The notes below the pieces were generated by a model, which had not been told where the DNA came from, ran no database searches, and was given only the letters and a program-made list of their open reading frames with translations. This document shows, piece after piece, positions 1-12,497 of a DNA stretch of 64,000 nucleotides; position 1 is the stretch's first letter, and each line of letters begins with the position of its first letter. Source of the DNA: Camelus dromedarius (Eukaryota). The stretch lies in contig NC_087437.1 in assembly GCF_036321535.1 (NCBI RefSeq), positions 37,450,001 through 37,514,000 of the forward strand, written 5' to 3'. A program made the translations under genes and the position numbers.

Positions 1-1035
1 AAAGCCAGACATTTTCCTTGGGCTAATGACAAAATAATAAAAAAAAGCCTTTTGCTTTACTTTTTTGCTTCTATTTTTGCTTTTCTTTTGTTTTTGCTTT
101 TTGCTTTTAACCCCAGGCTAAGTCTCATTCACTTACCCTGTGCTTTAGGCTATAAACTAGAACCCATCTCATGCATTTTTTTTTCTTGAAAATCAAACAT
201 TTTCAAAAATAACTTGAAAATGGGGCAATGCAGGAAGCTGAAAGAATTTTTTTCAAGTGGCTTTTGCTTTTGAGATAAAGAAGACATATATATTAGACTA
301 GTAAGCATTATAAATTATTATTAATAGCATAGACTTTACCAGTCAGGGGACAACTGCCCACTCCAAGTCATTGGCAGGGTGGCAACTCATCCTTCACACT
401 AGGAACTGTCCTTATCAATTTTATTATTGGAAAGAAAAGGGTTTGAGATCACAGTAAGCTAATAATGGGGCATCACAGTGCAGGTGCCAGTAGAGTTCCC
501 CTTGCCCACAGCTGGCTACCTGCACAGAAGTAGGCACTGCAGGAGTTATGGCACAAGAGGACAGTTGTTTTTTTTGTTTGTTTTGCTTTGTTTTTTATTC
601 CTCCTCAGGCCAGCCTCACTCAGAATGCTACAATGTCCTCTGCATACTTCCTCCCAGTGTTGCATGACCTACACATCTTGCCATTGCATGAAGACCTGTT
701 TGGATTGGTGCAGTAGGCCCAAAGAAAGATTGAATGACATGGGCATTCTGGAAGTTGACTTGCATGTCTCTGTGCCTGCTAGTTCTTCAGGGACCTCCTT
801 ATTTTCCAGCTTATTTGTCTCTTGTCCTCACCTACTTTCTATCACACTTCTCAGTCTTTATGTATCATCTTATATTTTTGCTTACATGAAATATTTAACC
901 TTTCCAATTAAAATGCTAGTTTTGAATGTATAAGTCATGTCTGACTTTTCTAATGTCTGCCTTGTATACATCTAATGTCTACCTATGAGTTTTTAACTTA
1001 AAGCCGAAGACAAACTTTACACTAAGAATGCTATT

Positions 1036-1350
1036 CTGAACTTAAATATAAAGCAGAAACAGATTCATAGACACAGAATACAAACTTGTGATTGCCAGGG
1101 AGGAGAGGAGTGGGAAGGGACAGACTGGGAGTTCGAAATTTGTAGATACTGACAGGTATATATAGAATAGATAAACTAGTTTATACTGTATAGCACAGAT
1201 AAACATATACAAGATCTTGTAGTAGCTCATGGTGAAAAAGAATATGAAAATGAATATACGTATATTCATGTGTGACTGAAAAATTGTGCTGTACACCAGA
1301 AATTGACACAACATTGTAAACTGATTATAACTTAATAAAATTAAAAAAAA
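1036..1350 (+). mobile_element. 5'-truncated young LINE-1 3' UTR with poly(A) tail and 12-bp TSD (camelid-type L1)
   Basis: L1 3'UTR motifs (GAAACAGATTCATAGACACAGAATACAAACTTGTGATTGCCAGGG ... ACAACATTGTAAACTGATTATAAC) and A-rich tail to 1350. Flanked by AAGAATGCTATT (1024-1035) and AAGAATACTATT (1351-1362), 1 mismatch. Confidence 0.92.
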
Positions 1351-4300
1351 AAGAATACTATTAACTTGAAGTTGATTCATGTGAGATCAGGAAGGAGTAA
1401 TGGGTATTTACATTACTAACATCACATTACTTACAGCTGGGTACTTACATTTGGAAGGTAAAGTTTAGTTGCATTTTACCACTCTTTCAGTTCATTTAAT
1501 TTCCATTCTTAAGACAACTATGTATTATTTTTTTACCATAAAAAGCCACAATTTTGAAATGAATATTTTTAAAACAAGTTAAAAAAACGGATTGCACAAG
1601 TCAAAATTTAAAATGTTTCCAAAATTGCAACTAGAAATTTTCTTTTTAAAAGTGATGATGATCTTTTTAATTTTATAAAAGGAAAAGGAAGATAAAAATT
1701 ACTAACAAAATAATGTATTAACAAAGTCAATCCTTATGTTTAGCATCAATAACTATAATAAAATAAGATCCGATAAAGGGGATAATTGGGACTAAAGGGG
1801 GATCATCTATATTTTCTAGCACTGCTCTCATTTCCTTCTGCAGTCTTTTGTAATCAGCTTGACATATTTCAGAAAAGGAAGTGCATAGCTACCTCCTTTT
1901 CTTTCTATCAGCACTTTCCTCCTACCTAGTTCCACCAGTCTGACTAGACATTAGGATTATTGTTATCTCTGCCACAATTAGCAGAGTGTTATTTAAACTT
2001 CTGCTTTTGATGTACTTATTTAGTTGCAAAACTTTTAAGGTAATTTTACTTGAGGCTTATTGTATGATTGCTAATTGGCCTTAAAAAAATTTTTTGACAA
2101 GTAATGTAATTTTTGTGGTACAACTGACTATTTCCATGATGATCATCAAAAGACACTCAGACATACAAACTATTTTGATTAGACAATCACTACATAAATA
2201 AAAACAAGTAGAGGAAATAAATTTGTGCAAATATAGTGTGCTGAAATAAATTAAGGTTTGACCTGATAAGCATATCATCAATGACTGCTCAAACCCAGAG
2301 GGAAAATTTTTAAGGAACTACAATATCCATATTATGTTTATTCTGAGAATGAATCGCTTTTTTTCTTTTCCGTTTTCATTAAGCTATGCTAAAGAGTTGA
2401 ATGTTAATTTCTTTGATTCTTTGATATCACCATGTCCTACCACTGAAGTATGCCCTTTATTATTGTTCAAGATATTGAGTAAATGGGTTTTTAAAAATTA
2501 TCTTCACCATCTAGTATTCAACACTACCAAAGATAACAATTTAGATTAAAAATTTAAAAATTATACATCCTCTTAAAATCACCATATAAAATAATACCAG
2601 TTTATTTGAAAAGTCTTGATTTTCTGTTGAAATGTATTATCCATATTCTAAGCTTACATATAAATATTTTTTAAAATGTAGTCAGTAAAGAATAATTCTT
2701 GTCTAAAACAAGTCTGGACAATCAGTTGCTTGTTTATTTAATTGATAGATGAGTGCATTTGTCTTTTTGTATAATATTATGTCATAGTTTCCCCCAAAAC
2801 TGATGAAATTATATTTCTTCAACTCTAAATCACTCATGTTTTCATAATTTGATGTAACTGAAATAAGAATATATTTAATAATCAATTGCATTTTACTATT
2901 ATAATTGGTAGATTTCTTTCTCAGTAAAACATAAAATAGCATTGTCTTAGAGTTGACAAAATTATCGTTCTAATAAAATAAAATAGTACAAATTATTCAA
3001 ACAAAAGCATAAAATATTACTTTGAGGTATCTCATCTTCTTCAGATTTAACTACGTAAACTCAGAATTTTGAGACAAATAATTTATTTATGAAATGATTA
3101 TTTTTGTAATTCAAAATTTCTCTTCAGTAAAATACACTGATTGATTTTTTAAGAAAGCTTAATACTACAATGCTTCTTGGCTGACTGTTTTTTAAAGCAA
3201 TGGGTAACATTCTTCCAAAGAAGCCATTTATTGGCTTGGTTTTAAAAGCAATCCATTATTTAGGAAAAGCAGGATTGTTTGCAAAACAAGACTTAAATTG
3301 CAGACCAATTATGAAGACACTAAACTTGATGTTCTGTTCTAAGCATTGTATATTACTGTACTGTATACTTTTTTTTCTTTCTATACGTGTTTTAACTCAG
3401 AATATTTAAAGCATACACATACATAAAAATAAATGTGGTATGAATGTAAAAGTGAAAGGCTCCTTGCAGAAAGGGAATATATACGGTCACATCACTGTCT
3501 GAACTGAGTTCCCCATTCCTGCCTAGTGCTTTGGAAAAGCCTAACCCAAAAAAAGCTCCCTGAGAGCTGAGATTAATCACAGCTCTTAGTTGAGGTACAT
3601 TTCCTCAGATTGTTGACAGTGATTGGTTCTGACCTAAAATGGTCCAACCAGTGTGGAATTCAGAACATGTAACTTATTAACCATTTTGATAAAGAGCTAG
3701 AGAAAGAAGGAATCCCTTACCACTGGAAATCAGTTAAGGGATATAATGTCCAGAGGTTCTGCCAACCTTTTTGTGACCAAGTGCCTATTACTTTGGTAGA
3801 AGATTTACTTTTTGAAAAAATTTCCTCAATGGACATTTTAATCTTGCAAAGTGAAAGTAAAAAATCTGTTTAGAGACAAAACAATGGACAAGGCACTCAT
3901 CTGCTGTACATAATAATAGACATAGTTTCCCTAATTGTACATAATGATGCCTATGTTTCCTTTTAGATGACTTTGTGCATTTAATATTACATGATCTTTG
4001 AAAACTACAGCTTTTCCTTCTTGATGTATACATGTACTGATGCAACAGGATTCCAAATGGCTAAGCCTATCCTTAACTGGAAACTCAGTGCATATCCTTT
4101 CATTTTCTTGCTTTTATGAAAATGGGGGGTTTGCTTCTTGGCTTTATGCAGTGAACCCACAGACACTACACAAGTATAGTTTTATATGGTAAATTGTTAG
4201 CATATATTTTTTCTAATTTCACGGTATTTCTGTAAAGACCTAACTATTATAAATTACTGTAATTTTTTGCAATTATTTATATTTACATGTATTAAATAAA

Positions 4301-4899
4301 ACAGAATTATCACTAATCTTCAAAATCCCAGCCTAACAATTCATTCAGCCAAACAGGAACATTAAATTTTATGAGAGGTAAGACTTAAATATTTAACCTT
4401 TGTTTATTTCTGAAATTATATTTATCTATCTGGTATATATATATATAATCTAAAATAATATGTATATAATTTAACAAAAAATTTTAATTTATTTTTTAAA
4501 AGCCACAATACAATAAAAATAATATGTTTTGAAATGCTTTTTAAGTAGAAAAGTCTTAGGTTTTAGTACATATATTGTGATAAAGATTACACTGAAACAT
4601 TTTCCCAGATATGTGTATATGCTTATTTAAACAGGTCTAGAATATATTTTTTATCCTTAGGCAACACATTCCTTGAGGGCAAATCTGTCAAAATTTAAAT
4701 ATCATTAGAATAATTTACATTAAAAGGAACCCTAGGCAGAAAAGTAATTAATGAGTGTGGTTCGTTCGTTCATGGAACTAATATTGAGATAAGGAGAAAA
4801 CACAGGTAACACTGAAAGAGAAGTTATCATATCTGTTCCAATATTTCCTGACATCTTTTCAATATGGATTTATCATAATCGGTAACACTGAAAGGCACA

Positions 4900-5290
4900 A
4901 TTCATTTATTTAACTTACATTTTTTGAGTGCCAACTATGCGCCAGGTACTATTGTAGGCACTGGTAACACTTTAGTGAATAAAATGGATACATCCCCTGC
5001 CCTCATGAAGCTTCCATTCTACTAGGGGAAAAAAATCCAGTAAGTATATAATGCAATACTTATTTGTGAAAGCACTTTTCAAAGGAACAAAACAGAACTC
5101 TCCCACTACACTATTTTAGCGAGGGTGGTAAGAGAAGACCCCTTGGAGAAAATGACCCTGAACAAAGGCCTGGATAAAGCAGGGGAAAGAGCCATGCAGG
5201 TATCTGATGGAGAGTATTCCCTGTAGAGGGAATACCAAGGAAAAAGTTCATACGGTTGAACAATGTTAGGCATGTTTGATTTTCAGCAAA
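4900..5290 (-). mobile_element. LINE-2 (L2a-like) 3' end
   Basis: ATTCATTTATTTAAC...TGAGTGCCAACTATGCGCCAGG...CCCTGCCCTCATGAAGCTT is the reverse complement of the L2 3' terminus. Confidence 0.85.
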
Positions 5291-5719
5291 GCTGAATGAC
5301 TCAGTGTTGAACTATAATGCTTCCGATATTTACACATCCACTCATTGTTCTCTGAATTTTAGCTGACATACATAACACTGTTTCAGATAATAGTTAGCTC
5401 TCATATAATATGCCTGGGTTTTTTTTTTTAACAATAGAAAATAAAATAAAATATTTAAGCTTTTTAAATGTTTTTACACTTTAAAAAATCTCGATGGCAA
5501 TCTTTAAATGGTATTTAATACATATTCATTTATTAAATTGAGTCATATATAATGTTTGCTGGTATTTCATAAGTTTAAAATTACAGTTTTAGCTCCCCCC
5601 CAAATTGTTTAATACTCTCAGATGCTTTTCCTACTAATTGAACATTCTGGAACATCTACTTTCAGGTATCCTGATTATCACACCTGCTTTGTATTTCAGC
5701 TTGACTTCTCCCAGGTGTT

Positions 5720-6400
5720 TTCATCCATCTGAGAAGATTATGGCCCAGGAAGCCAGTGAAACTTCAGCCTGAACCTCAGAATTAGAGGCACAAGGAGCAA
5801 ATCTGAACTTAACCTGTAGCTTAGAGCTGAAACTGGCTTAGCCACTGAACCTATACGTCAATGAAGTAACTGAGTATTGATTACGTTTGTGTATATGTGT
5901 GTGTGTGTGTGTGTGAATATGTGTGTGTTTATACATATAAAGCCATCTCAACAAACCAGAGTTGAGCCTGCTGGAGACCAAAAGCAAGTAGATACTATTG
6001 AAATCCCAGAGATCCAATAGCAGCTCTAGTGGCTTGGTCTTTTGCTGTCTTCTAAGAAATGGGACTCTTCCTCCTTATTCCTCTGACTCCCCCATGAGCA
6101 TGACTCTGCTTTCCTCTGTATTCTCAGATTCTCTTACTTTGTCTCTGTCGTTTTTAACACTATCTCTCTCAGCGTCTTATATTCAACTTTTCTGAGACTG
6201 GGATTTGATTGGGTCAATCAGCTATGATGCAGTATGGATCATTTATCTTTCTTATGTTGGGCCTATAGATGGCTGTCTTTCCCAGGGGTGTGGATGCTTT
6301 GTCTAATTCATTATGCCCCACAATAAGAATGTCATATCAGACAAAACATGGCACACTACCTAGAAGTGACTGACTATAATACACTTTGAAAAGATCTGTG
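5720..6400. mobile_element. Old MaLR/ERVL-type LTR fragment(s)
   Basis: GGATTTGATTGGGTCAATCAGCTATG motif resembles old MLT1-family LTRs. Boundaries are vague. Confidence 0.35.
5888..5928. repeat. (TG)n microsatellite, interrupted
   Basis: TGTGTATATGTGTGTGTGTGTGTGTGTGAATATGTGTGTG seen directly. Confidence 0.9.
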
Positions 6401-6597
6401 GGGAAAAGAACTATGGGAGACAGGTAAGAGAGTCACCCAATCCAGACTAACAGAAAGGGCGAGCTCCACAGAAAATAACCAAAAGGATCCTGCCTTCTCT
6501 TCAATATAAATCACTCTCTTATACTTAGTAGATGATCATTTTCTTTACTGGGAATGCCTTTCTTTTCTTCTCAATCTAGTGCCTGGGATTCCACAAA

Positions 6598-7198
6598 CAG
6601 TTGGTTCTTGTTATTATGGTAGTTATATTTTATAGTGTCTTTGCAAACACCAAGTTGGTGAATACTGAGTCACTGTTCTTAGGGGAAACACAGGATTAGG
6701 TTCCTGTGAGCCTCTGGTCATGTTTCATCAACTGACCATTTATTTTATGTGTGTTTCTGTTTAAAGTTACTTTATGTGATATACTTACAACCAACAAGAC
6801 TATAACTCATACTTGAAAGAAGCTTATCCAACATACACATTTTCCCTGGAAAGCACATAAAAGCCTTAGTGCACTAAAAAGTACTTCAGCACTATGCTTG
6901 GGAGCCATTTTAAACAGTGAAATAATCAACAAAAAGCACAAAAATGTGGAAAATGTAGCTCTAAACAGACTGTGAAAAGGAAACTTTTTCACAGTGTAAG
7001 AGATGAAATAAAAAGGAAGAGTATCACCTTGTTTGAACTGGGAACATGTGTGTTAGGCATCTCAAAAATTCTGCTACTCTGCACATGCTCTTAAATGACC
7101 ATAAAATCATTGTGAGTACTGATTTTAGGTTTACAAATAAATTCTAGTGAGTATGCAAATTTGCAAATATGGAATTAGCAATTAATGAGGATCAAGTT
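6598..7198. mobile_element. MER82-like TcMar-Tigger non-autonomous DNA transposon, near full length
   Basis: Degenerate terminal inverted repeats CAGTTGGTTCTTGTTATT / AATTAATGAGGATCAAGTT followed by TA. Internal GGGGAAACACAGGATTAGGTTCCTGTGAGCCTCTGGTCA and CACTTCAGCACTATGCTTGGGAGCCATTTTAAACAG match remembered MER82. Confidence 0.85.
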
Positions 7199-7199
7199 T

Positions 7200-7450
7200 A
7201 CTTCATTCATTCTTGCTGAATTCTCTGCTTGCTTCTCTCCCAGGCCCTTCGAGAGGTAGCCAGTCTTTCCTACCTACACCTGCCTTAGAACTGTTAGTGT
7301 AACATTTGATTTACTGTGTGATTAATCTCCTTTTCCCAAAAATACACAGTGATCACTTTGAAAGCATAGATTAATTTTGACATTCCCACAGCCTAAGTGC
7401 CTGCCACATAGTAGGTATTCATTTAACATCTGTGGATGGAAAGGAAAGAA
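7200..7450 (+). mobile_element. L2 3' end (probably split by the MER82; upstream piece ~6540-6597)
   Basis: GTGCCTGCCACATAGTAGGTATTCATTTAACATCTGTGGATGGAA L2 terminus. Confidence 0.7.
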
Positions 7451-9012
7451 AGAAAGAGAGATAGGGAAAGATTTAGGATGGAAAATGAGCAATTCATTCT
7501 TAACAAGCCATTAACACACAACCTTAATAATAAATATTTCTATTTTAATGTTGTATTACAACGTGCCTTACAAGAATTAATTTTAATTCTTTAATTTTTT
7601 CATCTTTTAAATAAGAATACAAATTTTTACTTATTTTTCAGAAATGGCTGAAGATATTCAAGGGGGAAATACAAGTATTTTGAGCTCATTGGAAGGTCTT
7701 ATCTAAATTTGAGGCCAGTGATATTATTAGTGTGTTATAATTATTTTTGCCAACAGGACTTAAAAGACTACACACATAAGTAAAATCTCCTGAATTTGTT
7801 CATTTCACTTCAGGCAAAATAAAATGGAATGAAAAAATTTTATTTGTAATCAGAATGGATTATGAAATGAGCCTTCTTGAGTTGGAAAGGGAAAAATAAT
7901 ACAACATTTGATATTATACCTTGACCCGTAAGTGGTTCCCTACCATCACTGGCACTATACTGTACCTTTTTCTAAGTGCAGAGGCAAGTTTCTATTGGTT
8001 CTCTGACCTGATTTGGACCCTGTCCTTTTGACGCTCCCTGCCTGAAGAATGTAACTTTGCCAAGATTTAATATGCATATGCAGGGTACTGGACTGATTGT
8101 CTCTCTCCATTCCTTGTTTCACAAGGCTAGAATAAGATTAGCAAAGAGTTCCTGCTGTTCACCTGTGTCCTATTAAGATCACAAAAAGAGGAACTGAACC
8201 AAAAAGTAGTGACAAAAAAGGTGATAGCCTGTGGATAAATGGGTAGAGAGAGACAGTTTATCTCCATTTATTTAGGACACACACGATCCATAGATATTTC
8301 TCTCATTACATTTTAACTTAAGAAGCCCATGTCATGATTATGCAAATGCACAGTCAAGGTTATCCTCTTTAATAAAACAGGTGTTTATTTTTATTTGAGT
8401 ATAAATAACTTAAAAAACACTTGGAGAAAACTGATCATCTTATCTTCTCTATATATCATACCTTCAGGGCTCACATGATTTACGTAAAATAGATGAGACA
8501 TTTAAGTATTTTAAATTACTTCTACAAATAGGGCTGATCTGCACTTTAAAATAAACAGTATGATTATGATGAAGACAAGAAAAGAATATCTGCCAAATTC
8601 TCAATCACACAAAGCCATTAAAGGTGTTTCTTCTTTCAAAACAAGCTATTAAAATAATCTTCCAGTCAACACAAAGCAATAAAAGCTTAACTGTTACACA
8701 GTTTTAGGTATTTGTAGATACTAGGATTGTGTTATATTTAACCCAATTTATTTTAATACAGTGGTTACCTAATAATTATCAAATATGTGACTATTTTATC
8801 CCTGGTTTCTTGTGCATATGTGGTTTGCTTATACAGGGCTTTGTCAACTCAAAACTAGTTATGTCCAAATATGCACAAAGATCATGACTAAAAGTCAGCA
8901 AAGACAATATAATTTGCAGTATTTCCACTAGTAAACAGTCTTTACTATTAACACACAAGACTAATCTCGTCTCAAAACTTTTTGCCTCAAATTTAGTGTT
9001 CCTGTCACCTGT

Positions 9013-9493
9013 TGTTAGATTTTCTAAAAAAAGCAAACAAACAATGTGCAACAACTTAAAACAATGATAACATTTATTTTGCTCAAGAATCTGCAATTTG
9101 GACAGGCCTCAGCTGGGACAGCTCCCCTCTGTCTCACTTGGCATCAGAGGCTCAGAGACTGAGGGCTAGAATCATCACAGACTTACACACATGTCTAGTA
9201 CCTGAAGATGTTTATTGCATGGAGTTGCCACCAGAAAACCCAGCATGGCTTCTACACAGCAGAGTTGCTGAGATGCAAAAGTGAGCCTCACAAGAGAAAG
9301 GTAACCACGTGGAAGCTGTACTGTCTTTTATGACTTCTCAGAAGTCATAATGTGTCACTTCTTTTTTCAGTAGAAGCAAGTTACTAAGGCTAGCCCGTAT
9401 TCCAGGTGACAGGACTTAGATTTCACATTACAAGAGCATGACAGATGGAATACATATGGGTGTGGCTGGGTTTGGAAGGTATAATTTGCCACA
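9013..9493 (-). mobile_element. MaLR solo LTR (MLT1F/G/H-like)
   Basis: CTTAAAACAATGATAACATTTATTTTGCTCAAGAATCTGCAATTTGG...GGAAGCTGTACTGTCTTTTATGAC...GCCACA. The reverse complement begins TGTGGCAAATT, as in MLT1G/H. Confidence 0.85.
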
Positions 9494-10689
9494 ATCTCTT
9501 TAGTTGAAGCTAGTCTTGACTCATCCTAGTTCTCCCCCTCTGTCTCAAGCTCTTATGGCTGTTGTTTGCCTTACTGTTTTATCATTCAGAAGGTAAGACA
9601 ATTTATCTTGCTCCAATCACTTTGAGTGAGAAAAAGTATTTCTTGGGAAAATTATGATAAAAATACCTGTTGTCTATCAAATAATAAAGCTACAGCTTGT
9701 AAGTGGCTATATCTTCAGTTGGAGAAAACCAGTATAGCATTTTTGGAAATTCCAGTATTTCTTTCCTTCATCTTTGATGTCTGAATTAAATAATGCTTAT
9801 TGCCAAAAAAAAAAAAAAAAGAGAGAATCATACAAATTAAATTCAATAATAATAAAATAACATTCCCAGGATTGGAAGCAAATAAATCACTGTTCTCTGT
9901 AAATCAATCTTTAGTTTGCACTTTTTAAAAAGGTTTACATAAGTGCCTTTTGTGGCTGCTGATGAAATTACTTTGATGCTAAAGTTATTTTCTCAGGAAT
10001 ATTTCAAACTAGCAGTCTCCGTTGTTTCTTTGTCACCTGTAGCTGTGGCAAAAGACTGCTTCCATATAAATGAATGAGAGAAGACATCATAAAAGATTTA
10101 TTTCTGCTGCCTCATTTTTCTTATTTATTTCTAACATTCTGCCCATTTACCATGAGCTTCCTCACATTTCAGAAACAGCTAGTCGTCTTTGAGAACAAAT
10201 TGTGCTATTTACTTCTGTCCTCAGAGAAAACGAATGGTTTTAGTGGGTTAGATGTCCAGAACAATAAGGAAAACTTGTGCTATGTATTCCCAAAAGAGCA
10301 AATAGATCTTCTGTAAATAACTCCCAGCATAATCCTGGCAGGTCTCAGAACTGCAAAGAGCTAGATATATTTTTTACTTTACATAATTTTAAAGCCTTTC
10401 AAAAGAAAGATCAACAGAATGGTGTTATGCAGACACACATAGTCTCACCACAAAGTCATGAACATGGAATATTCATAACAACCAAAGTGTTTTAGTTGTG
10501 TTTCTATAAAATTTAGTACACACACACATTCATCTTCAACTTCAATGACAAAATTCTTTAGGTAAAATGAATACAAATATATAGTGTTAGACAAAGAAAA
10601 ATAATTTTTTGTACAAATCAAAGTGAATTGATTATAAAGTTCAATAAATTATATGGTATACATTATTTTGGTCAGAAAGGAGAACTAGA

Positions 10690-10925
10690 TTCTAGCATTT
10701 ATGGAATCCCTACCACATGCCAGGCTTATTTGATAGGACATTTACATATTTATAAAAACTTAATTGTCACAAATATTTTATGTGATTGATATTTTTATTC
10801 TCATTACATAGATGAGAAAACAGATTGATATAGATTAAGTGGCTTCTTTCCCGCCTCTTAACCCCCCAAAAGGAGGCAAGGTAATAACTGTTTCTAGCAA
10901 GTGGATTGAATCCAAGATTTGATGA
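10690..10925 (-). mobile_element. MIR SINE
   Basis: Core ATTCTCATTACATAGATGAGAAAACAGA and CATTTATGG...CATGCCAGGC tail. Confidence 0.7.
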
Positions 10926-10940
10926 AGTTAAGCGATAAAG

Positions 10941-11559
10941 TGACTTCTGATGGTATAAAATTTGGGAATCTCAAGACCATTCTCACCTCTGACAACAACT
11001 ACAAGTTTTAGGGCCCCTCAAACCACTTTTAAGTTCAATGATGTGCTAGAAAGACTCACAGAACTCAGAAAAGTTGTTTAACTCACTGTTAGGGCTTATT
11101 ATAGAGAAAGGATATGGATTAAAATAGCAGAGGAAAAGAGTCCCTGGGGCAGCATCCAGGGGAAATGAAACTACGGAGTTTTCAGTTGTCCTCTCCCAGT
11201 GGAGTAGTGCAAACAGCACCTATTTCTCCCAGCAATGATGTGTGACAATATGCATGTAGTATTGCCAACTAGGAAAACTCAACTGAATCTTTATGTATAG
11301 AATTTTTATTGGGGCTCAATCATATAGACGCTGTTGAGCACCCCCATGGCTGACCCTTAGTCTTAAACCCTTGTAGAGATTGAGTTGATCCTGAGTCATC
11401 CAGGGTCCCCCACCATAAATCACATTGTTAACATAGACTACTAGGGGACAGAGGTCACCAGGTAAACAAAGACACCCTTATCAGGCAGGAAATTACCTCC
11501 TAGAAGCCAAGGGCAAAGGCTAAACTTCTCTTTGATCAAGGTTAATCCTTTGCTGCACA
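10941..11559 (-). mobile_element. ERVL-group solo LTR (MER77/MER21-like)
   Basis: GCTAGAAAGACTCACAGAACTCAG, CAGTTGTCCTCTCCCAGTGGAGT, CCCACCATAAATCACATTGTTA. The reverse complement starts TGTGCAGCAAAGGATTAACCTTG. Confidence 0.82.
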
Positions 11560-11856
11560 ATTATCCTGACACAATAAGTAATGAGTGGAAGTATACTCAG
11601 TGATATATATCTTAATGATTAAGTAACAACAAGGCTTTATAAAATCCCCAAATAGGATAGTTTGGTTGCATTTTTATTTTGAATTATAAAATGATCTATT
11701 GCACAGCACTTAATTTATTAGAGATTATTTCTTAAACTCTATTTTGTCTTAAATTGCACAGCAGAGGAAAGGACTTATGCAAATCCCACTACGAAACTAT
11801 TTGACAGATTTTACATTTTCTAACTTTACTAAAACGTTTGGAACTACGTATACTTT

Positions 11857-12497
11857 TGTTCAAGCAAGCAGATAGCGAGATATGAGCAGAGAAAGGGTGA
11901 AGCAGGCCAAATGGCAAGAATTGGACCAAAAAGGAGGGGCATAGGTCAAATGCAGGAAACCATACATCATCTAAACAACAAGGGTCCTTGCACAGACACA
12001 GAAAAGCAGGAACCTCAGGACTGATAAGATATCATACATGTTGGGGTGACAAGAGGCTGGAGGCTGACAAAGAAAGGTGGGAAAAGGCAGGAATCTCCAT
12101 GTCCTAATGTAACCTTTTGCTCACTATGCCCTCATTTCAGTAAAATTAGCCTTGCAGATTAGGATACATCATGCACCGACGCCATGACACTTCCAATCCA
12201 GACTAAATAAGGACAAAAATCCTTCCTCCCCTCCAGAAGGTGGAGCTGGGATGAAAATCAGGGAATAGGACCCTCAAACCCTTCCCTCCCCAATGAATAT
12301 TCTGCCCATTCATTTTTACACCCTATGTAACCAACTTGCCAAAGAAACTCAGAAAAGCTGCTCACCTGAGCCTGCCCACTCTCCCCTCGAGAGTGTTCTA
12401 TCTAACACTTAATAAATCCTCACTTTACTTTCTCAACCTCTGTGTCTTGTCTCTGAATTCTTACTGTGAAGAGACAAGAACCTAATCACCAGTAACA
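11857..12497 (+). mobile_element. Class I (ERV1) solo LTR, 641 bp, with 4-bp TSD
   Basis: TG(TT)...(AA)CA termini, CTTT on both sides (11853-11856, 12498-12501), AATAAA at 12411-12416, typical U5 TCTCTGAATTCTT...GAGACAAGAACC. Confidence 0.9.

Noticed and set aside
478..933. Longest ORF in the track (151 aa)
   Set aside because: GTG start, runs through a T-rich low-complexity tract, no recognisable domain or splice context.
4306..4385. Possible exon ending GAG|GTAAGA
   Set aside because: Weak purine-rich acceptor and stops in all three frames.
7620..7706. Acceptor TTTTTCAG followed by ATG GCT GAA (MAEDIQGG...)
   Set aside because: Stops after 20 codons, no convincing donor, no recognisable peptide.
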